DNA of 64,000 nucleotides, taken from Spizellomyces punctatus DAOM BR117 (taxonomy: Eukaryota). The stretch lies in NCBI GenBank assembly GCA_000182565.2, contig KQ257455.1; one strand, written 5' to 3'. The stretch's first letter is position 1. The number at the start of each line of letters is the position of its first letter. The notes below the pieces were generated by a model that had not been told where the DNA came from, searched no databases, and saw nothing but the letters and a program-made list of their open reading frames with translations. Both the position numbers and the translations under genes were made by a program. Positions 10,664-25,327 of the stretch are shown here, piece by piece.

Positions 10664-12331
10664 TCAACCTGCGCTTCTTGCCATGATCTCTAAATCCTCC
10701 ATCTCCCTCATCTGGGCTTCCAATTTCCCCGGACGTTGGCTTAATTTCATTACCCTGTCTTTGGTCCGCGCATCAATAAGCAAACCCCACAGTCTCAAGT
10801 AAAAAGCCTTTGCCTTCTTTGGAGTCACGTCTTCGCATTGCAGACATCGTTCAAGAAACTCGCCCTCTGGCAGTCTACAGATTTGACGTCCTGATTCTGT
10901 GGGACAAAGGATGTCTGGATTGACCTTTGGGTACGCCCTGCTTACCCAGCCGCGTAAAGTGGCATTGTCCCACGTTGCCGGGTCATCAGGGTCGTTAGAT
11001 TTTGCACGACGCTTGAGGGATGGAGTGACTTTGAGTGGGCCCATAAATCTTAACGTATTTACGGTTTGAGAAGCATCCAGGATGCTATGAGGATGACGGT
11101 GGTTACCCATCTGCCATGAAACCGATCCCAAATCTTAAAAAATTCACCTGGGAGCCAATGTGCCAACAATTACAGTTCGAGATTGTTTGGCTGATGACAA
11201 TTCAAACGCGTTTTTCAGAAGCACCGTAATCTTGGAGGTTCGGTAAGGCACGTGAACGTGTTTCCCGGTGGTCGTGGCCGCCAACGCCCGACTACGGATA
11301 CACTCCTTGAGGGCCTGCAGGCTTTTATTGATCTCCTTTGACTCTAGAATTCTTTCCTTATCATGGTGCTTTGTATCCCCGCTTCCCTCGGATCCAGCAA
11401 GGTCAATGAGATACAGCATACCATCCTCCATATGGGGTAACCGGCGGTTAGTGATGCGGATTCGACAAATGGCATGAGACCGACTAGATTGACGGTTTTT
11501 AGCGGTCGCTTTAGTACGGCGAAGCGAAGATGCCTTTGTGATGAGAGACTGAAAATGTTCGGTGGTTTGGATAATTTCTTCGGTTATATTTTTGATTTGA
11601 ATCGCGCCAAAGGTATCTTCAAGAATATCCACAGTGGCTCGATCGTTTAAAAGGTCATACGCCTGATTACCAAAGAGCTCAAAAAATGACAGCTTGATAG
11701 TAAAATCCGCATCGTCGGAAACAGGCGTAGACGGATCTTGAAGCAGCCGGTATTCTTTTGCGAGATTGAAGATGTCTCGCGCAACACATCGTTCAACCCC
11801 TGTATGATTCCAACTGTGAGCGGAAGATGGTACCAGATACGCAAAGAGCGTACTCTACTTACCGGTGAGCGTGTGGGTTTTTCCAGATCCCGTCTGTCCA
11901 TAAGCAAGAAATGTACCCACGCCTCCACCCAATGCTACAGGAATCAAACCCAGCGTAGTCGCTGCAAAAACTTTTTCAGTCTCGTCATCCGGACCAAAGA
12001 CCACGTCAGCGTTCACAGTAGTGGTGTTGGCAGTTAATTGCCCGTTATACTTTAGTTTTGGAGCGAATACATGCAAAGAGGGGTTGATTGCGGCCACCGC
12101 AGAGTAATGGCCAGCATTCTCTTCGTCGGGTAGCAGTGGCCGTACGCGAATGCAAACTGTTATATCCACCGTGAAGTCGGCATTGCGATCAGCGTCTATG
12201 GCTTCCTTCAATGCAGGTGCCGCCAAGATAGGAGCTGGAGCTGGTTGTGCTGCGACATGAGCTGCAATCACTCGTTCAAATGCTCCTCTACTGGCTAGAA
12301 GCCGTTCGTCTGATGTTGTGTGGTCATTCAT
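10664..12331 (-). CDS. Kinesin motor protein (kinesin-13-like / divergent), 2 introns, C-terminal SAM-like domain
   Basis: VCIRVRP, P-loop GQTGSGKT, SSRSH, DLAGSE, INKSL, HVPYRTSKIT; C-terminal DPATW...LRGWV. Confidence 0.9.
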
Positions 12332-12613
12332 ACTGATCCCTGGCCCGCCCGTGGGAAGATCTCAGGATCTCAAGGGTGGAAGGGGGGCCATGGAAGTTGC
12401 GGCACGTGTTCAACGCGAGACTCCCGCGGGAACTGTCGCGGTTTGCCGCGGTTCATTTCTCGCGTTTTACTGCGCATGAAGTACACGTACATTTCATATG
12501 AAAGTGGGAACAGTCGTATAAACGAGTAGAGAATGAGCCTCCTTTTTCATAGCTCTAGATCGTAAATATCCATTCTAATACATAAGGAATAATGTGAAAC
12601 CAAAAAGAAAACA

Positions 12614-14699
<2,086 letters not shown>

Positions 14700-15577
14700 T
14701 GTTGGAAAGTATTTGGGTTCTGACTACAGACGTGGGGAAATATCAGTTTCCGACAGAACAATGCTGTTGCGCGGAATCCTCGTCGGATTTGTGACGGTTC
14801 CTGCAGGTTACCGTTACGTACCTCTGCAAATCAGTGATGACAACCACGTATGAAATGGACTTCCCAAAGTCGTTACTTTCCGATTTTGAGCTCACCTCCC
14901 ACACTGGTCGCTGTGTGAATTCAAACGACACAGCGGGTCTTTAGTGCCCTGGTCGCGCCAATCCACCCAGGCCGCGTGGCTTGAAGTGGCTTATCGGTAG
15001 AAATTGTAGAATTCCGAAATCGATTAAAAACTATGCATAAACTGTTTCGTAGATGGAGCCGAGAAAGCATGGCGAGTAGGAAACAGATCAAGGTCGATAG
15101 CTTTAACGTCATAAACTACGAGAGGCCCTTGAAGGGCACACGATGTGACAAGTTGGATGGATTTTTTGGGCAATTGACTGATGGTCACCCACCACAGGCC
15201 GTCGTTCCCTATCTTGCGAGTCCAACGATCCCGTCATGTCCTTTCACAGCGCCTTTCAATAGCAAAGAAGCGCCAACGTTCCCACAATTGGGATATGGAA
15301 GGCTTTGCAGACATTGCCAGTGCAGCCAACGGTTTGCAATGTTCCGACCTGCTGACGTAAAATACCACCCTCCATTACATTAAGTGTGGTTTGATCACAT
15401 TAGAAGTATGGAAACCTTTCAGGAATCCTATGGCAGAGATCATGCTTTGTTATCTTTTGGGCATCTGCTTCGTATTGGAGACGAACAGCACCATTGAAGA
15501 CAGCACATACCTTTGAGAATCGGTTTCTTTGTAGGGTCAAAGTGGTGCGTGCACCTTTGGCGCTTTCTTTCTTTGTA

Positions 15578-16634
15578 ATGTCCCGCTTGGAGATCATATC
15601 GCCCGAAGGTGCAGCATGCGAGGAGATATGGACCGTTGGAAAATCTACTAAAGTATAATACCACAGGGCTCCGCGTTGATGGGCGTAGGCCTCTGGAGCT
15701 CCGAAGAGTAAATTCCCGTACGGCTGTCCTTTCACAAGCCGATGGCTCTGCATATATTGAACAAGGGAACACAAAGTGCTTGGCCGCTGTTTACGGTCCC
15801 AGAGAAGTGCGCAAGAGATAGTTGTTATTTGGGTGTCGAACTATGTTAAAACGCTTTCTATCAGCCAACGAAACGAGCAGCCCTACTACATGATCGGGCT
15901 TTGATCAATGTGGAGTACAGTGTTGCCAGCTTCAGCTCAGGGGAGCGAAAACAAAAGCTACGCAGAGATAGGTACGCAGGTATCGGTTAACGCTCCATCC
16001 TAGCAAAGCCCTACTCACGAGCCATTTCTAAACTTGCCAATAGACGCCTTATGGAAATTGCTTCAACCATCAAACGCACATTTGAGAACGTCATCCTTAC
16101 CACCACTTTCCCACGATCGGAGATCGATATCTATCTCCAGGTCCTTCAAATTGATGGAGGTGCTCTTCACACTGCCATTAACGCTGCGACTTTGGCGTTG
16201 GTGGATGCGGGCATCCCCATGACGGATTACGTATGTGCTTGTTCCGCTGGATATGTGAACAATCAAGCCATATTGGGTATGGTGACTCGTTCCTGGCTAT
16301 TGAGGATTTAGATCTAACCGGAACGATACCCAATGGGATCAAATTCAGATTTAAATTATCTAGAAGAATCTGCGGAAATACCAACGCTAACTGTTGCCTT
16401 GCTACCAAAGAGTGGCAAAATAACAATGCTCGGAGTAAGTGACCATGTCATTCCATTTCAGGACTCTTGCTGACCTGTATCTCGACATGATATTAGCTTG
16501 AATCGCGACTACATCTGGATAAGCTTGAACCGGTAATACAACTTGCGTCGGATGGCTGTAAGCAATTAAAAGAGAATATCGATGCAACAATACGAGAGTC
16601 CACAAAGTCTCTTGCAAAGACAATCTTACAATAG
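15578..16634 (+). CDS. RRP41: Exosome core subunit Rrp41/Ski6 (RNase PH fold), multi-exon
   Basis: [56 protein letters not shown]. Confidence 0.93.
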
Positions 16635-16731
16635 CCGTTGCAAAAGGGACACCATGAAATGGTCATAGCGTAGGGCTTGTACATATGCGTGTTATGATAA
16701 ACTACAATAGATAAGAAATCGCGCCACTGTA

Positions 16732-18629
16732 TTAAGAGGCAGCAGCTTTCCTGATAGCGTGACGTAGCTTGCTCCGATCAGGATCTACCTCCGCAGACAC
16801 ATCAATCAATGCCCGTAGATGCGTCATTATTCCATCCACTCCAACTGTGTCCACATTGGGAAACCCTGGAATGGGAGCCAGCCTAAAAAGTACACCTAGG
16901 GTATATCTGACGTTCTCCGCCATTTGCTGCCAGTCATACTTTTCTGTTTCTAGTGCCTTCAATTTACTTCTCAACTCGACTGATTCTCGTAAGTACTGAG
17001 ATTTATCGCGTTTAAGGTCTTCAATAGTAGATTTGAGTTCCGCATGCCCTTGTTCTAGGTCCTCGTTCTTATGGCTCAGGCTAGTCATCTTCTCCGTAAG
17101 CTGTGCGACTCGTGCCTTCAGTTCCGCCTTCTCTTCTGCTCTCTCCAATAGCTGTTCTTCTTTTCTAACTAATCGTACATCGAGCTCCCGCACCTTGGCC
17201 TCCAAGCGAGATCGGGTGTCGTGAAGTTCTTTTCGCTTGCTTGCAAGTTCCTGTTGAAGATCCTCCACAAGCCTGTTCTGCTCGGCCAACTTCAAAGCAA
17301 GCTCTTCGGATCGTTGGTCCTTTTCAGCCATGCGTCGAGTGGTGCTTTCGATTTGGCGGTCTTTTGCAGCCTGCTGTAGCTGTAGGGGGTCGTTGAATTG
17401 ATTAATTTGATACGAGGTGCCCGAATGAGAGTCCGCGTTCGTTGCAGCAGCGACGGAGCGTGATGATAAATCACCCTGCAAGGCAGACGAACGCGGAACG
17501 GCGTGCTTTGAAAGATCAGGAAATCGGGTGACGGTGGGAATGGTGAGGATTCTAATTGATTCGTCTGGTGGTCGCTCAGAGGAAGGCACATTGTTTGCCA
17601 CTCCATCTCGCTGGTAATCTGATGGGCTGGAGTCGGAGAACAAGCTTTCAGCAAGCAAATCCCTCTCCGTCCTCGCCCGCTTGGCGGCTGATGCAGGTAC
17701 AGGAGAAGGGGATAACCGCTTTAACGAAGGGCGTGGCCGATGGAGTAGGACATCTTCCGGTCCAGTTATTGACACAATTTCTACATCTGAATTGGAGCTA
17801 AGCATCGATCGTTGCCTTCGCGGAGTCAGCTTTGGTCGACGTTTGTGCTGTTCACACAGCAGCATCGTAGAGCGAGCACGTTTCTCCCTTGAATACTCCA
17901 CGGTACCCGCATTTATGGCGCACATGATGTGAAATCGCTTGTCGCAGCCTTGTGAAGATTTGCATTTCACTGTAACTGGATCTGAGTGTCAGTAACAACC
18001 TACTAGTCATCGAAACCCTAGACAATCCTTACGTCCTTTGGCTTTGTTACAAATGTAACATTTGTGACGAGCAAGTTTGCTACGATCTATTGCAATGGGC
18101 AACGTTTCATCTTCAAGTCTCGGGTTCAGCAGTGTGCACAATACATGTACGTATTGGCCCGAGGCGGTTGTTTTCCAAAATGCTCCATCCTCGACAGGAC
18201 AGCATACTACGCTAGTTTTCGAGAAATCTTCATCAGAACATCTCTGGCAGAACCATGGATCGTCCCCGGGCGGAATGCTGTCAATGCCATAACATTCTTG
18301 ATGTACCGCCAGGTTGCAACCAGTATGGAGGAGCTCTGGGAGAAGTTTTGAGTCCAACAATCAACCTCTATCCGCCGTTAGCGAGCTCGTACCCTGGCCT
18401 TCGCAAAAGATAATGTCATTCTCTACATCGACTGTAAAGGATGATGCGCTAATAGATTAGGTTGGAAACATGACCATAATGAGAACGTCTTGACCAGAAG
18501 CATACATGTGGCATCCCCGCAAACATCACAAGGTTGCTCCAGTATTGTCTCTGCTGCTACTTTCTTCTTGTTGTTTGCAGCGGCTCCGTCAGCTCCACGA
18601 GAACTAAAATGGGTTCGGAGATCTCTCAT
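16732..18629 (-). CDS. PHD + extended PHD (PZP-like) finger protein with C-terminal coiled coil, multi-exon
   Basis: CDVC...C..CNLAVHQECYG...WFCQRC, CCP..GAF.KT..G.YVHVLC, CYIC...C...CDKRFHIMCA...LCEQH; heptad-rich region ~16950-17330. Confidence 0.82.
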
Positions 18630-18974
18630 CTCCAGCGTTTGTGACAAAATGGTGAGAGATCTCCCAGGTATTGGGATCCAGGTGACTAAGCGACCTGGGC
18701 TAGATAATCCAGACCCACCTTTTGCGCGTCGTATATCCCTCCAAGCAGTACGTCAAAGTTCAAGCATTGGTGACAGACAGAAAGAAGACCTGCGTCGCTA
18801 CATGTTTTAGTTTCCTTTATCAAGTGTGCCTTTGCAAATCCCTACGCCGCGTGCCGGCATCCGGTGACATATAGGAGAGACACCCGAGATCAGTCAAGCC
18901 TCATGCAGAAGCCCTTTTAGCTCAATTCCAGTAGATCGTGCCTATATCTGTCGCAATCCCAACCAAACATCATA

Positions 18975-21900
18975 ATGGCATCTCATGCCCCTCCAAAGGT
19001 CACAAGAAGGTCGACATTGAGGAGCAAGTCATCAAATACAACCAACCAGATCCCGCCAAAAACTACACGGGAAAAGGGAGCGGATAGAACGAAAAAGGCT
19101 CAGATAACGTCGAAAGCTGGCGAATCATTGGGGGTAATTGAGAGTTTGCGGAGATGGAGGAAAGATGCCTGGGACCAGAACTTGTGGTCTACGGCCTCCT
19201 ACTGGGGAGACAAGATCTTGACGATAGGTGGTGAGTGTTACAGAGTAGTACGATCGTAGGAGAAGGGACGGTGCATGATGTCAACTAATAACGCTATGAC
19301 GGCGACAATTTGCTAAAAGGAGAGCCACAGGATTATTACTGGCAAGCGAAGATTTACTTTGCAACTGGCGAATTTGCAAGAGCGGATTACCTGCTCTCTG
19401 GAAATCCAGAGATTCTGGAGTCAAGCATCCAATGCAGATACATGGGGGCACTATGTGCGGTATGATTGATATGAGATTAGAATAAGCCGCCCATTCGATG
19501 CATTCCGACGGCTTATTGGACATCGTAGGTAAAACTGGGAAAATGGGACAAAGCGGATGCCCTGCTACGGGATAAAGCCGGCAGGAGAGGTTGGTGCATT
19601 TAGGAGCTGTATCCCCTCTTCGTCGAATTAATATTGTCGAATATTTGATTTAAGAACGACCCAAGATTGACGAACCTAGTGGGATAAAGGTAAATTGGAT
19701 GGTCAACTCAAGTCAACGCGGCAATTTAACATCCCGTTCATTTCCCAGCTGGAGGCGTCAATATGCTATCTGCAAGGAATTGTACACAGTCGCAAGGGAG
19801 AGTTAAAGCGAGCCAATGAGCGGATGAAGCAGGCTGTGATTGAAGATCCACGCTGCATTGAGGTACTGTGCACTTATAGACCCTACACTCTCGTTTAGCC
19901 TGAACTGAACTCTTCTCTTATAGGCATTTAACTGGCTGTTAAACAACCATGTCATGAATGTGCAGGAAGGTATGTAGCTTTCACAACATTATACCGGATC
20001 GTATACACTAGACCTTATTTTCCCTCTCTCTCTGTGTGAATTTGTAGAGGAAACTTTTTTACATACTTTGGATTTTGGAATTTGCGGTCAAGATGCGGAC
20101 TTCATGAGATCAATGTATCTATCTAGCATAAAGAAGGTTCGTAAGCGAAGGTTGGTGCTTGGCACAACCACGTGCAAAACATCACATTGATGTTATTAAT
20201 ATGCCTTGGGCAACAGTACGATGAAGCGAAAATCACTCACCTCGAAACAACATACAAACTCGCGGGGAATAGTGATATTTTACATCGCCGTGCGGAGCAT
20301 CTTTTTGAACAATGTAGATATTCTCAATGCTACGAGATAACCTCACGGTATGCGGTCTATTCTCGTGATCGCCAGACACACGGGTGCTCTAACATTCCTA
20401 ATTTTTAGAATTGTGAAGGACGATCCCTTTAATTTAAAATGTGTGCCAATCCATGTGTCGTGCCTATCGGAGCTTGGAATGAAGAACGACTTGTTCTACT
20501 TTGCCCATCAACTAGTCGAGACGTTTCCAGACAGGGCATGCACGTGGTTTGCTGTTGGAGGGTACTATCTTCTTATAAAAAAGAATCTGGAAGCGCGGAA
20601 GTACTTTAGGTAAGTGATGTAAGGCATGATATGCTGAGATCTGTCAATTGCTGAGTTTGTCTTGACAATGTAGCAAATGCACCCAGCTTGACGGAAGCTT
20701 TGGTCCTGGGTGGCTTGGATTCGCTCACTCATTTGCTGCCGAGGGTGAAACTGATCAAGCAATATCCGCCTACTCTACCGCGGCCAAACTGTTTAACGGG
20801 TAGGTTATGCTGACATGGTCATTTCTAGTTGACCATTTCTAACATGTATTGTGACGCAGAATGCACCTGCCATTGATGTATCTGGGAATGCATTATAGCT
20901 TGGTTAATAATCTTGAACTTGCGTCGGATTACTTGCACCTTGCCGAAAACATGAACAAGTCAGATCCGTTATTGATGAATGAGTTGGGAACTTTATATTC
21001 GCGGAAGAAAGAGTATGTCCTTTATCTGCACAGTTGGTGGACGTTTCTGCTCACCGTGAAAACACTTCCCTCCCACCAGCCATCAGAAAGCCATTTTCTA
21101 TTTCGAAAGAGCGCTGGTGCTCGCAGATAATACGAATTACACATCGGTACAATGGGAAGCTACTTGGTTCAACCTAGCTCTAACACATCGGAAACTTCGG
21201 TGAGTATTCCACTTGAGATTAGATCTAGCAATGGGACAATGCTAATTAGTCGTCGCATCCAGAAATTATGCCAAAGCTCGTGAGTATATCGACAAGGTCC
21301 TTGAGATCAATCACAATCTTTTCGATGCGCATGCACTACTGGGATACATCGCTCACGCGGAAAATAAGTTGGAAGCTGCCATAGGCCATTACTCTGATGT
21401 GGGTGGTAAAAACGAACAAGCCTGCCGTTGATAGATGGTTACTGACGCGACCCCTTTATTAGGCATTATCATATAATCCTGACGATACCATGTGCCATGA
21501 TTTGATGAGGGAAGCAATGGCGGATGTTCAATCCGTTTATGATGATCCAGAATGCTGGCCACGAATAGCTGACTTTAATGGCGCGGACGATAGTTTTTTA
21601 TTACCTCCAGACTTGGAACAGTATCGAGTATTTGAGGACGTCCAGGGATCCGAATCCGGCCCTTTCGATTCACAAGGGACGCCAATGGGGTCATTAGAGG
21701 GGAGTGATATGGACGAGTCGCCATATCCGCAGATATATACCCCAGAGACTGCTGTGCCAGGATCTAGAACCAGTTTTCCCGAGCGAAGGTCCAACGCGTA
21801 TAGTTCTGTCAGTAAGACACCACGAGGTCTTCTGAGTTACGGAAGCGGTAGCGGATCAAAATCATCACCGAGCGTGACTGGGTCTCCATTCGGAGAGGAC

Positions 21901-22191
21901 ATGTCGTTGGGATCCCCATCTATTGCACGACAACTCGCAAGTGGGATATCTAGTTTTGCAGCAGGAACATCAAGTTCCAGATTCACACCCCAGAGAGGAC
22001 GTCAGTCGCGGAACAATCCGCGCCTTGGTTGGCCTCCGCGAGATCCTGCAGGGCTGGTATTTGGAAGTTCACCAGTGGGAGCTCCAGTGCCTCAGCCACG
22101 TAGGACTCTACGAGATGTGCGCGGCATGGTGTCCGCTACGCCAAGCGACGGGGATGTCAGTATGGATATGGAGATTGATGACTTGGAATAA
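18975..22191 (+). CDS. CDC16: APC/C TPR subunit Cdc16/Cut9/APC6, multi-exon
   Basis: LRRWRKDA...TASYWGDK, DLFYFAHQLV..P.....WFAVGGYY, GFAHSFAAEGETDQAISAY, HLPLMYLGM, DPLLMNELG; disordered S/TP-rich tail. Confidence 0.92.
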
Positions 22192-22388
22192 TCGCCAAAG
22201 CTGGTCAAGCGACTAGATCATCATTCAAACCATATTTTGGCTCGCTCACTTACATTCATAAGTGTGAGAACTGTACTATAATAGATTAGAGCGTAGGGTT
22301 GTTTGCAAGAGCGCTAATGGAGTTGCTACGGATATCATTCTTTTGTACACCAAACTCAAGATGACGGTTCTGATATTTCAATCTTTTT

Positions 22389-23918
22389 TTATCGGTCTAC
22401 CTCCATCGGAGTGGCCCCCGTAACCCCTTCCTCGCCAGAATGCGACCCCTCCGACGGTCCGCCTCGAGTGCTCTTTCGCTGTCGCCGATGCGCACCTTTG
22501 TAGCTCATATCAAACCATTGATTTGGATGCTCTATAGTTTCAATTATGCCGCCCCCTTCCTCTCCAGCTGCAGCTCTCGCCTGCCTGTGGGCCTGCCCTC
22601 GAGTGACCTCAAAAAGCTTTGTACAGGCAACCTGGTAATGTCCCTCCCGAGCCAAGCGGGCTATATCTGTTATACCACTCTCAGCTACTCCATATCGATG
22701 CATCAGTGTCCGCAGATTGTCACTTGAGAAGTGTTTGAAAGGGCAACCGTGATGATCCCCAGGCCCCGGTTGATTCGACGTGATGATCTTCATGCACGAG
22801 TATGGCGTATAGTTTGTTCGTTTGCCCTCTGCACCGTAGTTGTATCGAACATTATAGGCGTACCCTTTCTGGAACTGGTCATCTGTCATCTTGTGAAATG
22901 ACTTCCGCCAGAAGAGAAGGGCTTCTTCAAGGGGAAGGCCAACGCCTTTCAGGAACAGACCGTACGTGAGACGGCCCATGTGTTTTAGATGTCCGTCATG
23001 TCGGAGGGCTTCATGAAGATTTCTCATACATGGTGGGAAATGTGGGACAAGTCCATCAATGTCGTCGCTGGTTACGTGCTCCCTTGGGCCTCCCGAGCCT
23101 GGTGTATAAGCTTTGGAAAGGTACTGCTTTGAAATCGAGTTAAGCACCGGAACAAGTCGATCGTCTTCGTCCATTTGTGGTACCGCCTTTGCCGTAGCTT
23201 CAAGTGCGGCGTTCAGGTGAGTTCGGAAGGCGTTGGCAACGAGAGTGGGCTGTTCTCGTTCCGGGACGTAAGCCCATCCTGCATGCAAGTATACCTGACG
23301 TCTACCTACGAGGTCAAGGACCTGTTCAAACTGCACTCGATAAAAGTTTATCTGCGAGAGCTCGTCTGTTGACAGGCCGTGTGTTGCTCGAAGCTCAGTC
23401 TCAAGATTCTTTTTCTCTTCTGGTGTGATGACCGACATGTCCATCTGAACGTGCTTGAGAAAACGGTCACGTTCTACTTGCTCCTCTTGCTTGTATCTGT
23501 ACATGAACAAAGCAGTCTCCTGCTTGATGAACCACTGTCGAAGGTCGGTAGTTCTGCAATATGCAAGACGGAGAATGAAGTGACTAATGTGGTCCTTGCG
23601 GCGTTCTTCGTAGAGTTTCTGAGCGCCTACTCGATTGATTGTCACGTTGCGTCCAAGATGTAGGTGCTCATCATGTACATTTTGAATGTATTTAGCTGCA
23701 TCTTCCTCCTTCTTTGACCGGATATATGCTGTTTCAACAGCTTTGAGGACCCGAAGACGGTCGAGGGCGAAAGTCTCAAATTCATTGAGAGTGAGCTCGT
23801 AAGGGGGAGGATCGATATAGAAATTCAAGGATGATGGATAAGGCCCTAGCTTGGGATCTGCGTGCCGTACAACTTCGTAACTGCCTCCTGCTATGGATGT
23901 CCCGCGTTGTTTTAGCAT
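22389..23918 (-). CDS. PRI2: DNA primase large subunit (Fe-S), intronless
   Basis: FETFALDRLRVLK, RKDHISHFILRLAYC, FPPCM, YNVRYNYG.EGKR..Y.PYSC, HGCPF. Confidence 0.96.
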   Translation of the reverse strand: MLKQRGTSIAGGSYEVVRHADPKLGPYPSSLNFYIDPPPYELTLNEFETFALDRLRVLKAVETAYIRSKKEEDAAKYIQNVHDEHLHLGRNVTINRVGAQKLYEERRKDHISHFILRLAYCRTTDLRQWFIKQETALFMYRYKQEEQVERDRFLKHVQMDMSVITPEEKKNLETELRATHGLSTDELSQINFYRVQFEQVLDLVGRRQVYLHAGWAYVPEREQPTLVANAFRTHLNAALEATAKAVPQMDEDDRLVPVLNSISKQYLSKAYTPGSGGPREHVTSDDIDGLVPHFPPCMRNLHEALRHDGHLKHMGRLTYGLFLKGVGLPLEEALLFWRKSFHKMTDDQFQKGYAYNVRYNYGAEGKRTNYTPYSCMKIITSNQPGPGDHHGCPFKHFSSDNLRTLMHRYGVAESGITDIARLAREGHYQVACTKLFEVTRGQAHRQARAAAGEEGGGIIETIEHPNQWFDMSYKGAHRRQRKSTRGGPSEGSHSGEEGVTGATPMEVDR

Positions 23919-24179
23919 CTTTATTAACGTCAGATGCAGACAACTGGCAAACCTACCTTTCAAACACCGATTCCGTTGTCCGAGACACGTGATAGATCGG
24001 ACATCCTCTGCACAGCCACCCCCCGCAAAGTTTCACGCCGGTCCCCGTTGGCTCTGCCGTGGCGGTGTGGCGGAGAAAGTTCAACTGGCTTGGCGATGCG
24101 TTCTTTAAAGCCATGAGCTCATGAAGGATTTCATACTTTGTAATTCATTCAACTCATACGAGAAGCGAATTACTTGAAA

Positions 24180-25089
24180 ATGGTGGCCATTCCGCAAAAT
24201 GGGGAAGACCTCGGTACTCACTTACAACCGTCACCCGAACAGAAACGGACCATCATTTTCATTGCCGTTTACACTGTTGCCATTACCATACTATGGAATG
24301 TCCCTGTTTTGAAGCAAATTCTTTGGCCTTTCAAGGTATGTATGATTACTGATCTCGTTCCGCTATCATTGAGACGCCATTTTAATCTTGGTGTAGATCG
24401 TCACGGTTGCGCTGCATGAATTTGGACATGCGTCTGCAGGTTTATGTACTGGCGCAAAAATCCAGTCAATAACACTTGATCCAGACGAAGGGGGATTGAC
24501 AAAGATGCGTGGAGGAAATCCATACTGCACGTTACCTGCCGGCTACATTGGATCAGCATTTTGGGGTGCCCTCATGGTATTTGCCGGCTTCGATGTTTTG
24601 GCGAGCAAAATTGTGTCCGTTTTGATCGGGTTGGCTATGGTGGCAACCCTGTACTGGGCACGGAATTGGTTGACGAGGGGGATCACGGTGCTGTTCATCG
24701 GCCTGATTGCGCTGCTATGGTGGATTAACGGCGGATATTATTTGAGATACTTTGTCCTCTTTATGGGGTAAGATTCCCGCAAGTTCCACAGTTCGTCGTA
24801 TAATTTTTGGATTAAGCCTGTTCATGATCACGGTTCTAGGGTTATGTCTTGCCTATATTCTCTCTGGGATATCATCGAGGACCTTGTTACGCGCAAAGTC
24901 AACGAATCTGATGCCTCAAAATTCTCGCATCTATGTTGCCGTGGATGCCTTCCACCACAACTTTGGGGTGTGCTTTGGTTCTTGATATCGCTAGCTTTCT
25001 TGGGGCTGGCTGTAGTGGCGGCTTTGTTGGTGTTCAAGGAGGAAAATACCGGAAGTGGACAGACCACTCCTGGCACGAGTGCATCGTAG
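24180..25089 (+). CDS. Peptidase M50B-like membrane metalloprotease, 2 introns
   Basis: PFKIVTVALHEFGHA (HExxH), LPAGYIGS, LYSLWDIIEDL, ESDAS, multiple TM helices. Confidence 0.88.
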
Positions 25090-25327
25090 AAGGTTTAGAC
25101 TCATTGTAGAGAATATTTGTATATAGTTTGACTCGATTTCCATTATGTACTTTTTAATATCAGTCGGTAGTTAGCATCGTACTAATCCTGATACCAATGA
25201 GTGTTGAGACCCCAGAAAGTTCATGTTGTACGATAACTTCCAGATTTATGATTACTAGCTAATATGTGGTGACATTCTGATATGAAAGTAATGTATAACT
25301 ACCAATTCCTCCATCCGACAACACCTA

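Noticed and set aside
14725..14820. Extra upstream coding exon of LCB2
   Set aside because: A GT-AG intron is plausible, but the upstream exon has an in-frame stop, so it would be a 5'-UTR intron.
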